Of a DNA stretch of 64,000 bases, positions 19,294 to 27,954 are shown in pieces (position 1 is the stretch's first letter; each line of letters starts with the position of its first letter). Under the pieces are notes generated by a model, which was not told the DNA's origin, searched no databases, and saw nothing but the letters and a program-made list of their open reading frames with translations. The stretch is from a virus. A program made the translations under genes and the position numbers. The stretch lies in IMG/VR virus record IMGVR_UViG_3300032308_002092, positions 32,001 through 96,000 of that record. The stretch is one strand, 5' to 3'.

Positions 19294-20523
19294 ATGGCAC
19301 AGAAAATTCAACTCAGGCAAGGAACAGCAGCTAGCTGGACTAGCACTGACCCCGTGCTGGCAGACGCAGAGATAGGCGTAGAGACAGATACTGGCAGATT
19401 TAAGTTTGGCAATGGTACCGACACGTGGTCGGTTAGAAGCTATGCTGATGTTCAAGGAGGAAACCAAACATTCCCCTATCGCTCATTCGGCGATGGCTCT
19501 GATGGTGATGTGGTTGTTAACTCTGGGACCACGACTCTGGTTAGAGATATGTACTACAACAATCTAACCGTGTCTAGTACTGGAAAAATTACTACACAGG
19601 GTTTTAAGGTGTTCGTCAAGGGGGTTTTAGACCTTTCTAATGCAGGTGCTAGCGCTATAAACGCAGATGGAGCCGCTGGAGCAAATGCCACCGGATCTGC
19701 CGGTGGTGTAACGCCGAGTGCGTATGCAGCTGGATCTTCTGCTGCACAAGGCCAGGGAACATCAGGATCTACAGGTGTGACCGGCACGGGCGTGGCTTCA
19801 GCCACACCTACTGCGATCACTGGTAACGGTGGTATTTCTAACACCGCAGGAAATGGTGGTGCTGGAACAAACGCCGGCGCAACCGGCGGAGGTGGCGCTT
19901 CGCCAACCTCCAACGATATAAATATTTATGCCACTAATTTATTTAGAGGCGTCACGCTGCTAGGCGGAGGCTGCGGCGGTAGAGGAGGGGCTTCTGGCGG
20001 GGGAGACGGAGTCAACACTGGTGGCGGTGGCGGTGGCGGAGGAAACGGCGGCGGCGTTCTTGCCTTGTACGCTAATATCATAGTGACATCGTCGTCTACT
20101 TCTCAGTCGTGCATATCTGCGTTGGGCGGCAACGGCGGCAATGGTGGATCTACTTCTGCAGGGGTCACCGGCGGCGGTGGAGCTGGCAGTGGTGGCGGTG
20201 GTGGTTGGATATACTTAGTGTACAACAGAAAGTACGGCCCAACTATCACAAACATGCTGAATGCTTCCGGTGGTGTAGGTGGCGCAGGCGGCAACAGCTT
20301 TGGCACCCTGACGTCAGGTCTGCCTGCTGGTGGCGGTGGCGCTGGTGACGGCGGGTATGCTGGCCGCATAACCACATATCAAGTCCCAACCGCTGTAGGT
20401 AGAAGCTTATTTGCGGTTACTAATAACATCTACAATCCTAAGGTTGACATAAGCAACAGTGCTCAAACAGACGGCATTGGAAAGAATGGCGGCGAAAGCG
20501 GCCTATTATATGGAGATTTTTAA
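19294..20523 (+). CDS. Gly-rich fibre/receptor-binding protein, paralogue of 18069
   Basis: Same N-terminal domain and GDGSDGDV...LVRD.YYNNLT motif. Confidence 0.7.
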   Translation: MAQKIQLRQGTAASWTSTDPVLADAEIGVETDTGRFKFGNGTDTWSVRSYADVQGGNQTFPYRSFGDGSDGDVVVNSGTTTLVRDMYYNNLTVSSTGKITTQGFKVFVKGVLDLSNAGASAINADGAAGANATGSAGGVTPSAYAAGSSAAQGQGTSGSTGVTGTGVASATPTAITGNGGISNTAGNGGAGTNAGATGGGGASPTSNDINIYATNLFRGVTLLGGGCGGRGGASGGGDGVNTGGGGGGGGNGGGVLALYANIIVTSSSTSQSCISALGGNGGNGGSTSAGVTGGGGAGSGGGGGWIYLVYNRKYGPTITNMLNASGGVGGAGGNSFGTLTSGLPAGGGGAGDGGYAGRITTYQVPTAVGRSLFAVTNNIYNPKVDISNSAQTDGIGKNGGESGLLYGDF

Positions 20524-20526
20524 TAC

Positions 20527-20730
20527 ATGAAGCTACAAGTGATATGTCAAGAGTGTGGTAAAAAAATAATTGAAGTTCATAAAGAAGTCATCTCAAATGA
20601 AGATGTTTCCCTTTATGAAAAATCCTGCAGCTGCGAAGAGCATGGTGGCAACACATATGTCTATGATGAGGAAACTGGAGAACTACTCAGCTCCACAATA
20701 GTTGTTAAAGCATTTAGGGTTGCAGATTGA
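20527..20730 (+). CDS. Small Cys/His protein, possible fibre assembly factor
   Basis: CxxC...CxCxxH; follows fibre genes. Confidence 0.5.
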   Translation: MKLQVICQECGKKIIEVHKEVISNEDVSLYEKSCSCEEHGGNTYVYDEETGELLSSTIVVKAFRVAD

Positions 20731-20731
20731 T

Positions 20732-21046
20732 ATGGGACTCAACATACCACCACATTTGGCTATAATAGGTGCTGCTAAAGTAGCTAAGGCGAAAAGTGAA
20801 TTTAATAAGCTGGTCGATGAAGTTGCTGGTGAAAATATTATTGCACAGATTACGGCGGCAGGAAAGACTAAACTAATAGCAGATGCGCTTAGAGATGTTG
20901 CTTACTACGGTAGTCAAGGCAGCTTGTGGGAAGTCTATGTAGCAGTCGAGAAGGTCCAGCTGACACCTGAGATGTCTCCCTTTCTTACTGAAGAAAGACG
21001 ACAGAACTTCAAGAATCGAATAATATCTATTATAAGCTCATTGTAA
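20732..21046 (+). CDS. Hypothetical protein, possible fibre chaperone
   Basis: ORF; position after fibre genes. Confidence 0.5.
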   Translation: MGLNIPPHLAIIGAAKVAKAKSEFNKLVDEVAGENIIAQITAAGKTKLIADALRDVAYYGSQGSLWEVYVAVEKVQLTPEMSPFLTEERRQNFKNRIISIISSL

Positions 21047-21058
21047 GGCAGACTCTTT

Positions 21059-21505
21059 ATGATGGTGGGTTTCAGTTACTCCAACAAGATACTCTCCAGA
21101 ATAATCAGAAAAGCCACCCGCTCCGAGTGCTCCCACTGCTATATCCTAGACCCTGATGCTGGACTGGTATTCCACGCTCAAGGCATGACTGTGCATGCAT
21201 TATCCTACGAGAACTTCAAAAAGCAGAACGTCATTGTCTGGGAATCTGGTGAGACTGGAATTCCTTTCTCTCACACTGATTGGAACTGGCTGCGCAACCA
21301 GCTCGGCAAACCTTATGGCACTGCCACACTTATTGGCCATGCCATACCCTTGCTTTTTAATACACCAAATCCATTCAACGACTCTGACTACTCCTTCACT
21401 TGCTCTGAGCTAGTAGCTAGGTGGGCTGGCATAAAGAACGCTGAAAGAGCCAGGCCAGATCAGCTCCTAGTCTACCTCAGAGATGGCAAGCCTTTAGATC
21501 TATAG
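21059..21505 (+). CDS. Permuted papain-like (NlpC/P60, YiiX-like) amidase
   Basis: SH near the N-terminus, LGKPY, and CSELV catalytic Cys motif. Confidence 0.7.
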   Translation: MMVGFSYSNKILSRIIRKATRSECSHCYILDPDAGLVFHAQGMTVHALSYENFKKQNVIVWESGETGIPFSHTDWNWLRNQLGKPYGTATLIGHAIPLLFNTPNPFNDSDYSFTCSELVARWAGIKNAERARPDQLLVYLRDGKPLDL

Positions 21506-21566
21506 TGTGATACAATAGGTATGTCTAGTCACCCACGGGTGTCGCTTGTTGCGTCTAGGAGCTGCC

Positions 21567-21983
21567 ATGTCAGAATCAAATATCGAGTTAATTCGATTAC
21601 TTGTAGAGCAAGTTAAACAGAACTCCAATAAACTCGATGACATGAAGGAAGCCTACTACGAGCTTAAAAACGCAGTAGATTCTCACCAAGACATGGATGA
21701 GAAGATGCACAAAGACGTCTGCCAGTTCATGGAAAGCACAAATAAAAAATTAGACGAGTATAATCGGCAACTTGAGATTCACATAGCAGGTACGGTTGAG
21801 AATAGAAATGAGATAGCTGAGTTTAAAGCCACCCTTAAGCCACTGATCGATGACTTCGTAGAAGACAGCATTATCAAGAGAGCTAATAAAAAGTCTATGA
21901 TCAAGTGGACTAAGGTGGCTGGCTTTGTTGGTGCTGTGGCTGGTGCCGCAGCCGGGATACTTAAGCTGCTGGGCTTAATCTAG
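21567..21983 (+). CDS. Coiled-coil protein with C-terminal TM helix (holin-like?)
   Basis: Heptad pattern; hydrophobic C-terminus; GGAG RBS. Confidence 0.45.
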   Translation: MSESNIELIRLLVEQVKQNSNKLDDMKEAYYELKNAVDSHQDMDEKMHKDVCQFMESTNKKLDEYNRQLEIHIAGTVENRNEIAEFKATLKPLIDDFVEDSIIKRANKKSMIKWTKVAGFVGAVAGAAAGILKLLGLI

Positions 21984-22274
21984 ATCTTCTGGGATCTCTT
22001 TCGCGCATTGCTCCATCGCCATCAGAAACTCTATTTGCACGTTCCCTCCAGCTTGGATCTTGTCTTCGAGGCTATAGATCTTTTGCTCCGCGCAGAAGCA
22101 TAGATCTTGTGGTGCTCCCATACCAATACACTGAGCGATAAACACCGAGTGCAAAGGCTCAGTAAACTTGCCTGCAGTATTAATGTGATCCCCAGCCCAG
22201 AAGCCTGCAGCAGCTACAAGCCCAGCTGCAACGCCTGCTCCAACTATAATTCCAAATACTTTCAACTTACTCAT
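21975..22274 (-). CDS. Membrane-anchored Cys-containing protein
   Basis: N-terminal TM, C.C motif; start MSKLKVF. Confidence 0.5.
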   Translation of the reverse strand: MSKLKVFGIIVGAGVAAGLVAAAGFWAGDHINTAGKFTEPLHSVFIAQCIGMGAPQDLCFCAEQKIYSLEDKIQAGGNVQIEFLMAMEQCAKEIPEDLD

Positions 22275-22284
22275 TCTTTTCTCC

Positions 22285-22482
22285 TTATTCCTTAAAATCC
22301 CACGAATTGTCTTTTTCAAAATGTAGATTTCCTGCAAATGATACATGAACTTTGGGGACGGCGCTAGGTTCCCATTCGACATCAAGGCTGACCATAAAAG
22401 GTATTTCTTGACCATTTACAAACATCTGTCTTGCGCGACCCATGCTGTCCGTGACTATTCTAATTTCCGGCAACTTACTCAT
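22285..22482 (-). CDS. Hypothetical protein
   Basis: ORF with GGAG RBS. Confidence 0.5.
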   Translation of the reverse strand: MSKLPEIRIVTDSMGRARQMFVNGQEIPFMVSLDVEWEPSAVPKVHVSFAGNLHFEKDNSWDFKE

Positions 22483-22663
22483 TCTTTTCTCCTTGGTTGC
22501 TCAATACATTGTTCAATGTAAACATCGCGCCCGCGATCTGAGTTAGACGCGTGTCGATCTCCCTCATACGACCTTGAATTGCTTCTCTCTCGAGAACAAG
22601 CTGTTCTGCTTCTTTCCCGAGTTTCTCAAGCTCTTCTGCGAGTCTTTGCTCTACGCTACTCAC
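22475..22663 (-). CDS. Small coiled-coil protein
   Basis: ORF overlapping neighbouring genes. Confidence 0.5.
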   Translation of the reverse strand: MSSVEQRLAEELEKLGKEAEQLVLEREAIQGRMREIDTRLTQIAGAMFTLNNVLSNQGEKNE

Positions 22664-22956
22664 CGCTTAGAAACCTCGTATTTAGTTGGTGATCCAACTT
22701 TGGGTTGGTTCTTCAGAGTCGCGATAGAGGTAATCGACCGCAGAGTCGATGCGCCGCTGTCGCTAACGCGGTTGACCATAAAAAGTACGTTGCTGGTGTT
22801 GCCATACTTGTCGGTAAGCTTTAGGCGAACAGTCGAGCCTTTGATGAAGGTCTCAGACTTGTTTGTGCTAACTACCCCCGAGTCTACCAATCGGTTAAGT
22901 GTAACCGTGATGCATGTGTCTGTGCTAGAAGCCCTAGTAAAAAGTACTTGTGTCAT
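22660..22956 (-). CDS. Hypothetical protein
   Basis: ORF with GAGGAG RBS. Confidence 0.5.
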   Translation of the reverse strand: MTQVLFTRASSTDTCITVTLNRLVDSGVVSTNKSETFIKGSTVRLKLTDKYGNTSNVLFMVNRVSDSGASTLRSITSIATLKNQPKVGSPTKYEVSKR

Positions 22957-22987
22957 GTGTTCTCCTCTGTTTATGACCTGTTTAAAA

Positions 22988-23106
22988 GTGGTGCTGCCGC
23001 TTATCCCTACACCGTTTTCGACCTAAGTTCCATACGCGACAATCGGCTGGCACCAGTTGGGTACCGTGGAACCTGAATAACCTGCCAGGGTTGTTCATTG
23101 GTCGAT
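22988..23106. ncRNA. Candidate structured RNA (multibranch with possible pseudoknot), unclassified
   Basis: Nested complementary segments TCGACC/GGTCGA, GTTCCA/TGGAAC, TGAATAACC/GGTTGTTCA, and CTGGCA/TGCCAG. Confidence 0.45.
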
Positions 23107-23110
23107 GTAT

Positions 23111-23962
23111 TTATACCTCAGATATAATTCGCCTAAGTTCTTGGATAGCGCTCTGAGCTTCTTCCTTGTTGTTCCAAAAGCGGGATAGTCCGCTTGGGTG
23201 AGGCATGTGATGTCTCTTGCACTGATACATACTCAGTACGTCCCTAGCTGTATCTCCAACTGTTACCAGTAGATCTGGGTCTAGTTCTTTCAACTCGAAG
23301 CCTAGTCTGAAGAAGCCTTGCTCCATCTGCTTCTTGCTTAGGGATTTGTTTAGCGTGGTTTTCTCGTTGCATACGTTCAAGAAAACTACGTGGATGTCCA
23401 AGCCGTTTACCCACTCTCTTACTTTCCTACCGGACTTCGTGTCTGGATGGAAGGCTGAGTTGTCTGGGGAGTTGTTGCTTGGGTTTGAGCCAACGAACAC
23501 CACTCGGGGTAGTCTGGGTTTGTAGGTTAGTTCTGTGTAGCCTTCTGGCGTGGCATGCTCGCTTATGTATAGGTCTCTCATCTCTTTTAGAGATCCGAAG
23601 TCCTTGTACTTCTCTTTCACGACAACCTTCTCTATACCTGCCTGGTAGATCGCTCGCATACATGTCACACACGGAGACATAGTGCAGACCAGGTACTTAC
23701 CCTCTGTGGAGATGCCTTGCTTGGCGCACGACGCCAGCATATTGATCTCGCTGTGGACGATGTATCTGTATTTGTCTGGCCTTTTGCTTGGGAGACGGTG
23801 GTCACATGCGCCTCTTACGAAACCGTTGCAGGCAGATGCTAGTGCCATACCGCTCTTGCTGTCAACTATGACGCACCCAACTTGAGTTTCTTCGTCGTGA
23901 GACCTTAGTGCCGCGACCTCAGCTAACCGCATGAGCTGCTCTGTCTTAGAGATCCTCTTCAT
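23111..23962 (-). CDS. dCMP deaminase fused to a uracil-DNA-glycosylase-family domain
   Basis: HSE.N and SPCVTC zinc motifs; C-terminal VFVGSNPS...HPSG. Confidence 0.75.
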   Translation of the reverse strand: MKRISKTEQLMRLAEVAALRSHDEETQVGCVIVDSKSGMALASACNGFVRGACDHRLPSKRPDKYRYIVHSEINMLASCAKQGISTEGKYLVCTMSPCVTCMRAIYQAGIEKVVVKEKYKDFGSLKEMRDLYISEHATPEGYTELTYKPRLPRVVFVGSNPSNNSPDNSAFHPDTKSGRKVREWVNGLDIHVVFLNVCNEKTTLNKSLSKKQMEQGFFRLGFELKELDPDLLVTVGDTARDVLSMYQCKRHHMPHPSGLSRFWNNKEEAQSAIQELRRIISEV

Positions 23963-24152
23963 CGTCAGTCTCCCTAGCCTCAGACATGCTTTCTACGTAT
24001 GGCGTGAACTTGTACTCTACTGGTTTGTATTTAACGCCCTTGACTTTCTGCTTGACCAAGCCCCTAACTGGGCAAGTGAACTCGACTTCGGTCCAGAATT
24101 CCTCTAGAACCTCTGCCTTCCTCTCCCCAGTGTGCTTCTTCTTTCTGCTCAC
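23946..24152 (-). CDS. Hypothetical protein
   Basis: ORF overlapping neighbouring genes. Confidence 0.5.
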   Translation of the reverse strand: MSRKKKHTGERKAEVLEEFWTEVEFTCPVRGLVKQKVKGVKYKPVEYKFTPYVESMSEARETDDEEDL

Positions 24153-24718
24153 TTGCTTCTCCGAATATAGTCTTCTAGCTCTGGGTACTCTACTTTCAGT
24201 ATGTCTTCTACCGCTTTCTGGTAGGTTTTGATCTGATGTGGCGCATGCTTCTGCTGATAGAAATCACACCATGTCTCTAGGTCAGCGTACATCACCCCCA
24301 ACCAGTAGGTAGATATGGTTGAGGTCATGGTGGCTACGAACCGGTTGCATCCGTCCTTTACGTACATGTCCCTATTGATGTTCCCGGCGTCTATGGTTGA
24401 TTTGATTGAATCAGCCATGTCTTGCCTAGACTCAACCTCTATCGGTGCGATCTCGTCAATCTCTGGATGATATACCTCTTGAGAGTACGTCTGATCTGTG
24501 ATGGATCTGATGTTGCCCATGGCTAGGGTTACGAAGTAGGGCGCTTTTACTTTGAAGTAGACGGTTGGCACCCTAAGTAGGTGTGGGCCAACTTGACCAC
24601 GTCGCATCTGCTGGACGATGAGGCTTAGCTGCTTGCCGTTGGGTGCGCAAGAAAGTAGCTCTACGAAGCCTTTGTCCAAGCAAGGAATCATTTGGTGTCT
24701 TTCTTGTGTCTGAGCCAA
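24149..24718 (-). CDS. Degenerate ThyX-like protein
   Basis: IPCLDKGFVEL, FKVKAP.FV and HAPHQIKTY resemble ThyX, but the RHR..S motif is absent. Confidence 0.5.
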   Translation of the reverse strand: MAQTQERHQMIPCLDKGFVELLSCAPNGKQLSLIVQQMRRGQVGPHLLRVPTVYFKVKAPYFVTLAMGNIRSITDQTYSQEVYHPEIDEIAPIEVESRQDMADSIKSTIDAGNINRDMYVKDGCNRFVATMTSTISTYWLGVMYADLETWCDFYQQKHAPHQIKTYQKAVEDILKVEYPELEDYIRRSK

Positions 24719-25458
24719 GTCGGAGATTTCCTCTTCTCTACGATCCTCTCGATCGCAAGTAGAGCCGCATAGAAATTTCTACCACTGTAGCCAAAACGCT
24801 TACCATCATAGAGATCGGTGACTGCGCAAATATCGTTACCGAACTGGGTCTGCGCTCTAGTCATCGCGTTGACACCCTGGTTCCAGGCGGTGATGGTTAG
24901 TGGCCAGTACTCGATCTCTTTGTGCTTGATCTGCATCAGCCTTGCTGCGGCCTTGGTACTGATCCTAGGGTCTTTAAGCTGCTTGTAGTTCTTGAGACCC
25001 AGCGACTTAACCCAGAACGGCATGATTTGAAATAGACCAGCGGCTCTAACCTTAGATACCGCCTTGGGGTTGTACGAAGATTCTACGTGGGGAAGAAGCG
25101 CAATCTCTATTGGCAGGTTTGCTGCTTCTACCTCTTCGTGAACCATATCGCCCAAGCCGCTTTCGTAGCGAACCATACCCGCTTCAAACTTAGAAGAGAT
25201 GCCGCGCTGCACCTTCACGTCTGGATCTGGGTACTTCTTCTTGACTTTGACTAAAACCTTCTTCTTGGCTTTCTTGTCCTCTGGGTAGTTGATGACCTCT
25301 AGGATCTCCATAGTCGAGGTGTCTACTACTAGACCTTTGTTCACGTCGTACTCGGTGTAGACCTTCTCCCAGAAGTCAATCCTAGGGACTAGGCACTCTG
25401 GTTCTGTCGCTAGTGCGGTTTGTGTCAACAGGGTCAGCGCCAATATCTTAAGTCTCAC
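24688..25458 (-). CDS. Exported lytic transglycosylase (SLT/MltD-like)
   Basis: Signal peptide; LPHVESSYNP.A.S...AAGLFQIMP; AWNQG. Confidence 0.85.
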   Translation of the reverse strand: MRLKILALTLLTQTALATEPECLVPRIDFWEKVYTEYDVNKGLVVDTSTMEILEVINYPEDKKAKKKVLVKVKKKYPDPDVKVQRGISSKFEAGMVRYESGLGDMVHEEVEAANLPIEIALLPHVESSYNPKAVSKVRAAGLFQIMPFWVKSLGLKNYKQLKDPRISTKAAARLMQIKHKEIEYWPLTITAWNQGVNAMTRAQTQFGNDICAVTDLYDGKRFGYSGRNFYAALLAIERIVEKRKSPTWLRHKKDTK

Positions 25459-25816
25459 TCTCTACTCCGGCTACGCAAGTGAATGGTTCTTTGTCTGAGA
25501 GAAGAGTCTCTTCCATGATGATGTCAGTGGATCTCTCGATGATGTAGTCTGTGGTCTTGGCGTCTAACCACTCTATCTTGGTCTTGAGTTCTTTGTTGAG
25601 TATGTAGACCTTAGCGTGGTGCATCTCTTTGGTCCACAAATCAGCGACGTACTCGACCATCTCCATGAAATCAAACGGACCCCTGAGCCCAGAGATAACG
25701 CAGTGCTGCTTGTCTCTGTCGCCAGAAGACACAGACACAGCGAAGGTCTTGTCCGTTAGTCTAGATAGGTCCATGTGTTCTATTTGCGGCACGAAGCCAT
25801 GAGATGAGTCAGTCAT
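25448..25816 (-). CDS. Hypothetical protein
   Basis: ORF with GGAGG RBS and upstream CCGA motif. Confidence 0.6.
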   Translation of the reverse strand: MTDSSHGFVPQIEHMDLSRLTDKTFAVSVSSGDRDKQHCVISGLRGPFDFMEMVEYVADLWTKEMHHAKVYILNKELKTKIEWLDAKTTDYIIERSTDIIMEETLLSDKEPFTCVAGVESET

Positions 25817-25840
25817 ACGATCCTCCGTGATTGATATCAG

Positions 25841-25848
25841 ATCGGGAT
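25841..25848 (-). promoter_or_regulatory. CCGA promoter-like motif (ATCCCGAT), representative copy
   Basis: Near-identical motif upstream of about 13 minus-strand genes (see findings). Confidence 0.65.
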
Positions 25849-25850
25849 GA

Positions 25851-26438
25851 TCAGGAGTCGAAGCCTATGACGAAGCGCATGCGTGGCTTGCCTTGCCCTA
25901 GGAACTCACACTCAGCCTTGATGGCTTCGTACGCATCCTTAACTGGCTCCACGGTCAGAGTGTCGTAGTCGAAGTAGTGATCTCTTCCCGTCTCTGGGAT
26001 GTAGATGGGTGACTTGTTTTTGCTTCTTATTTTTTCTAGCTTGTCTATTCTTCTGAAGAGATTAGCTGCCGCATCGAAGTCATCTAAGGCGGACTCCCAC
26101 ATCGTGTGCTCGTATTTCTTGATGGCTCTCTCCATCTCTCTGATGTTACACCAAGTAATTGAGTGATACTCATTCTCATCTAGCCACTCTAGGGTTTCTT
26201 TGGTCGCATCCTTGGGTACACCTCTACCATCAGCTATTGGCTTATGGAACATAGATCTAACGCCAGCTAGTATACCAAAGAACTCGTAGTTGCGACCCGA
26301 TATGCAGTCGATCTCGTCGTTAGCGTAGTTGTATGGATCCTTGTAGCTGTCGTACGAGATATATGGTCTTTTGAGCCATAGTTTCCAAGGCTCTCCAGGG
26401 TACTTGATTTCGCACAAGATGTGAATATCGCAGCCCAA
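25851..26438 (-). CDS. Conserved phage protein (MGCDIH...RNY..F..LAGVR...GFDS family)
   Basis: Characteristic N- and C-terminal motifs. Confidence 0.65.
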   Translation of the reverse strand: MGCDIHILCEIKYPGEPWKLWLKRPYISYDSYKDPYNYANDEIDCISGRNYEFFGILAGVRSMFHKPIADGRGVPKDATKETLEWLDENEYHSITWCNIREMERAIKKYEHTMWESALDDFDAAANLFRRIDKLEKIRSKNKSPIYIPETGRDHYFDYDTLTVEPVKDAYEAIKAECEFLGQGKPRMRFVIGFDS

Positions 26439-26443
26439 TTTAC

Positions 26444-26896
26444 CTACTCCTCTATCAGCTTCTCTATCTCGTAGTCAGCCATGACCCTTGATATAAGGTC
26501 TTCCGATAGACCAGAGTAGCTACTTGGTACATTGACGTTCACCACGCCATATATTGCCTTAAGCTTATTCTTGTATTTGATGTCCTTCAGGAGGAACTCT
26601 AGATCTTCCGTGGATAGATCGCCAGATTTTAGTAACTGTTTTAGTTGCTCTGCTTGTTGCTCTGGGTCGTACGGACCGAACGTGTTGTTGATAATGCCAC
26701 TAGTGTTTGGTCCAAGCGTCCAAGAGCCTGATGAGAATGTGCCAGCTTGATTAGACATGGTGTGAGTAGTCGTAGTGTTAGGCACAATTTTGCCTTGTAT
26801 AGTGTGAGTAGTCGTAGTGTATGGTGAGCCAACTGTTACCGGCACATCACTTGGCACTTGATACTCTTGTCCGTTAATTGTTACTTTTTTACTCAT
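26444..26896 (-). CDS. Hypothetical protein
   Basis: ORF; duplicated TTTTHT segment. Confidence 0.55.
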   Translation of the reverse strand: MSKKVTINGQEYQVPSDVPVTVGSPYTTTTHTIQGKIVPNTTTTHTMSNQAGTFSSGSWTLGPNTSGIINNTFGPYDPEQQAEQLKQLLKSGDLSTEDLEFLLKDIKYKNKLKAIYGVVNVNVPSSYSGLSEDLISRVMADYEIEKLIEE

Positions 26897-27636
26897 TCTA
26901 CGTACCCTATCATCTTCTTTACGGTTTCTATTGTACTTTCGTAGATATGGAGGGAGTGGGCGATGTGCGTGAAGGTACCTTTCTGGAGGTCGGGGTAGGT
27001 ATCTTTAAGCTCTAGCAACATGTCATCCATTAGTCCCATGAAGAACGGCCAGTCAAATGCAGTTCCTTTGACCAGATCGTTAGCGCGCATCACTATCGAT
27101 AAGTTCAGACGATTATCTCGAATCAACCAGTTGCCATGAGTAGTGCAAGTAAAGTCGCGCACGCCCTTATAGAAGTGCTCTGGTCTACTGAACCTCATGA
27201 GTGCCTGACGGGTGTCTTTGTCTGCTTTGAGGGCTTCTACGCACCATTGCCACGGGGTCCTCATTACACCCTCGAACTCAGGATTGCCGTGGTCTGCCAA
27301 ACCCTTGATCAGATAACCGTACGCTGAGTTCACGGTACCATTTGGGTTACCCAGCTTACCCCAGAACTTAGAGATCTTCTCGAAGTCCTCTACCTTGTTA
27401 CTCATGCTGTAGTAGAGGTTTTTCTCTTTCTGGGTGTAGCTCGCGATTACTTTGTTGCGCTCCAGATCCCTAGTCACCAGCGGCTCTGAGTCTGGGTATA
27501 GGATCTCAATTACTGCGTCGGTAACTTCATGTATCTTCTGCCCCCTAGGTGAGCAGACAAACTCTGGCTCCAGCAGTACACCCTCTAGAAGCTTGACGTA
27601 CGCTTCACTCGGGGTTTTGTACGTATGCGCTCTCAT
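26893..27636 (-). CDS. Thymidylate-synthase-family enzyme, probable dCMP hydroxymethylase-like
   Basis: DTRQA, DFTC, MRAND...G...D and SLHIYE motifs; Asp at the base-specificity position. Confidence 0.75.
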   Translation of the reverse strand: MRAHTYKTPSEAYVKLLEGVLLEPEFVCSPRGQKIHEVTDAVIEILYPDSEPLVTRDLERNKVIASYTQKEKNLYYSMSNKVEDFEKISKFWGKLGNPNGTVNSAYGYLIKGLADHGNPEFEGVMRTPWQWCVEALKADKDTRQALMRFSRPEHFYKGVRDFTCTTHGNWLIRDNRLNLSIVMRANDLVKGTAFDWPFFMGLMDDMLLELKDTYPDLQKGTFTHIAHSLHIYESTIETVKKMIGYVE

Positions 27637-27659
27637 GCGGCTACTCCGGCTGCTTTGGA

Positions 27660-27947
27660 TTATTTAGAGATATAGCATTGGCTTCTGAATACGCCATCGC
27701 CATTTGGGTCCTTGTATACAACGAGCATGGCAGTTGGATATTCGGCAACTCCAGTGATAAACTCACCGTACCGATATCCAGTAAACCCACATACGCCGCT
27801 GTCGCTGCAGCCACCAATGCTCATCACGAGTACTCCATAGCTTTCTTCTTCAATCGTAGAGCACTTTTTTCGCTCGCTGGTCGTTGCGCAGCCAGCCAGT
27901 AGGATTGTAGATAGAAAACTCAATGCAAACTTATTCATAAGTCTCAC
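27660..27947 (-). CDS. Small lipoprotein
   Basis: LAGC lipobox. Confidence 0.55.
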   Translation of the reverse strand: MRLMNKFALSFLSTILLAGCATTSERKKCSTIEEESYGVLVMSIGGCSDSGVCGFTGYRYGEFITGVAEYPTAMLVVYKDPNGDGVFRSQCYISK

Positions 27948-27954
27948 TCCTTTG

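Noticed and set aside
18069-20523. Diversity-generating retroelement suggested by Mtd_N-like domains
   Set aside because: No C-type-lectin variable region, template repeat or reverse transcriptase seen.
26761-26820. 18-nt direct repeat (TTTTHT twice)
   Set aside because: Simple intragenic duplication in a low-complexity linker.
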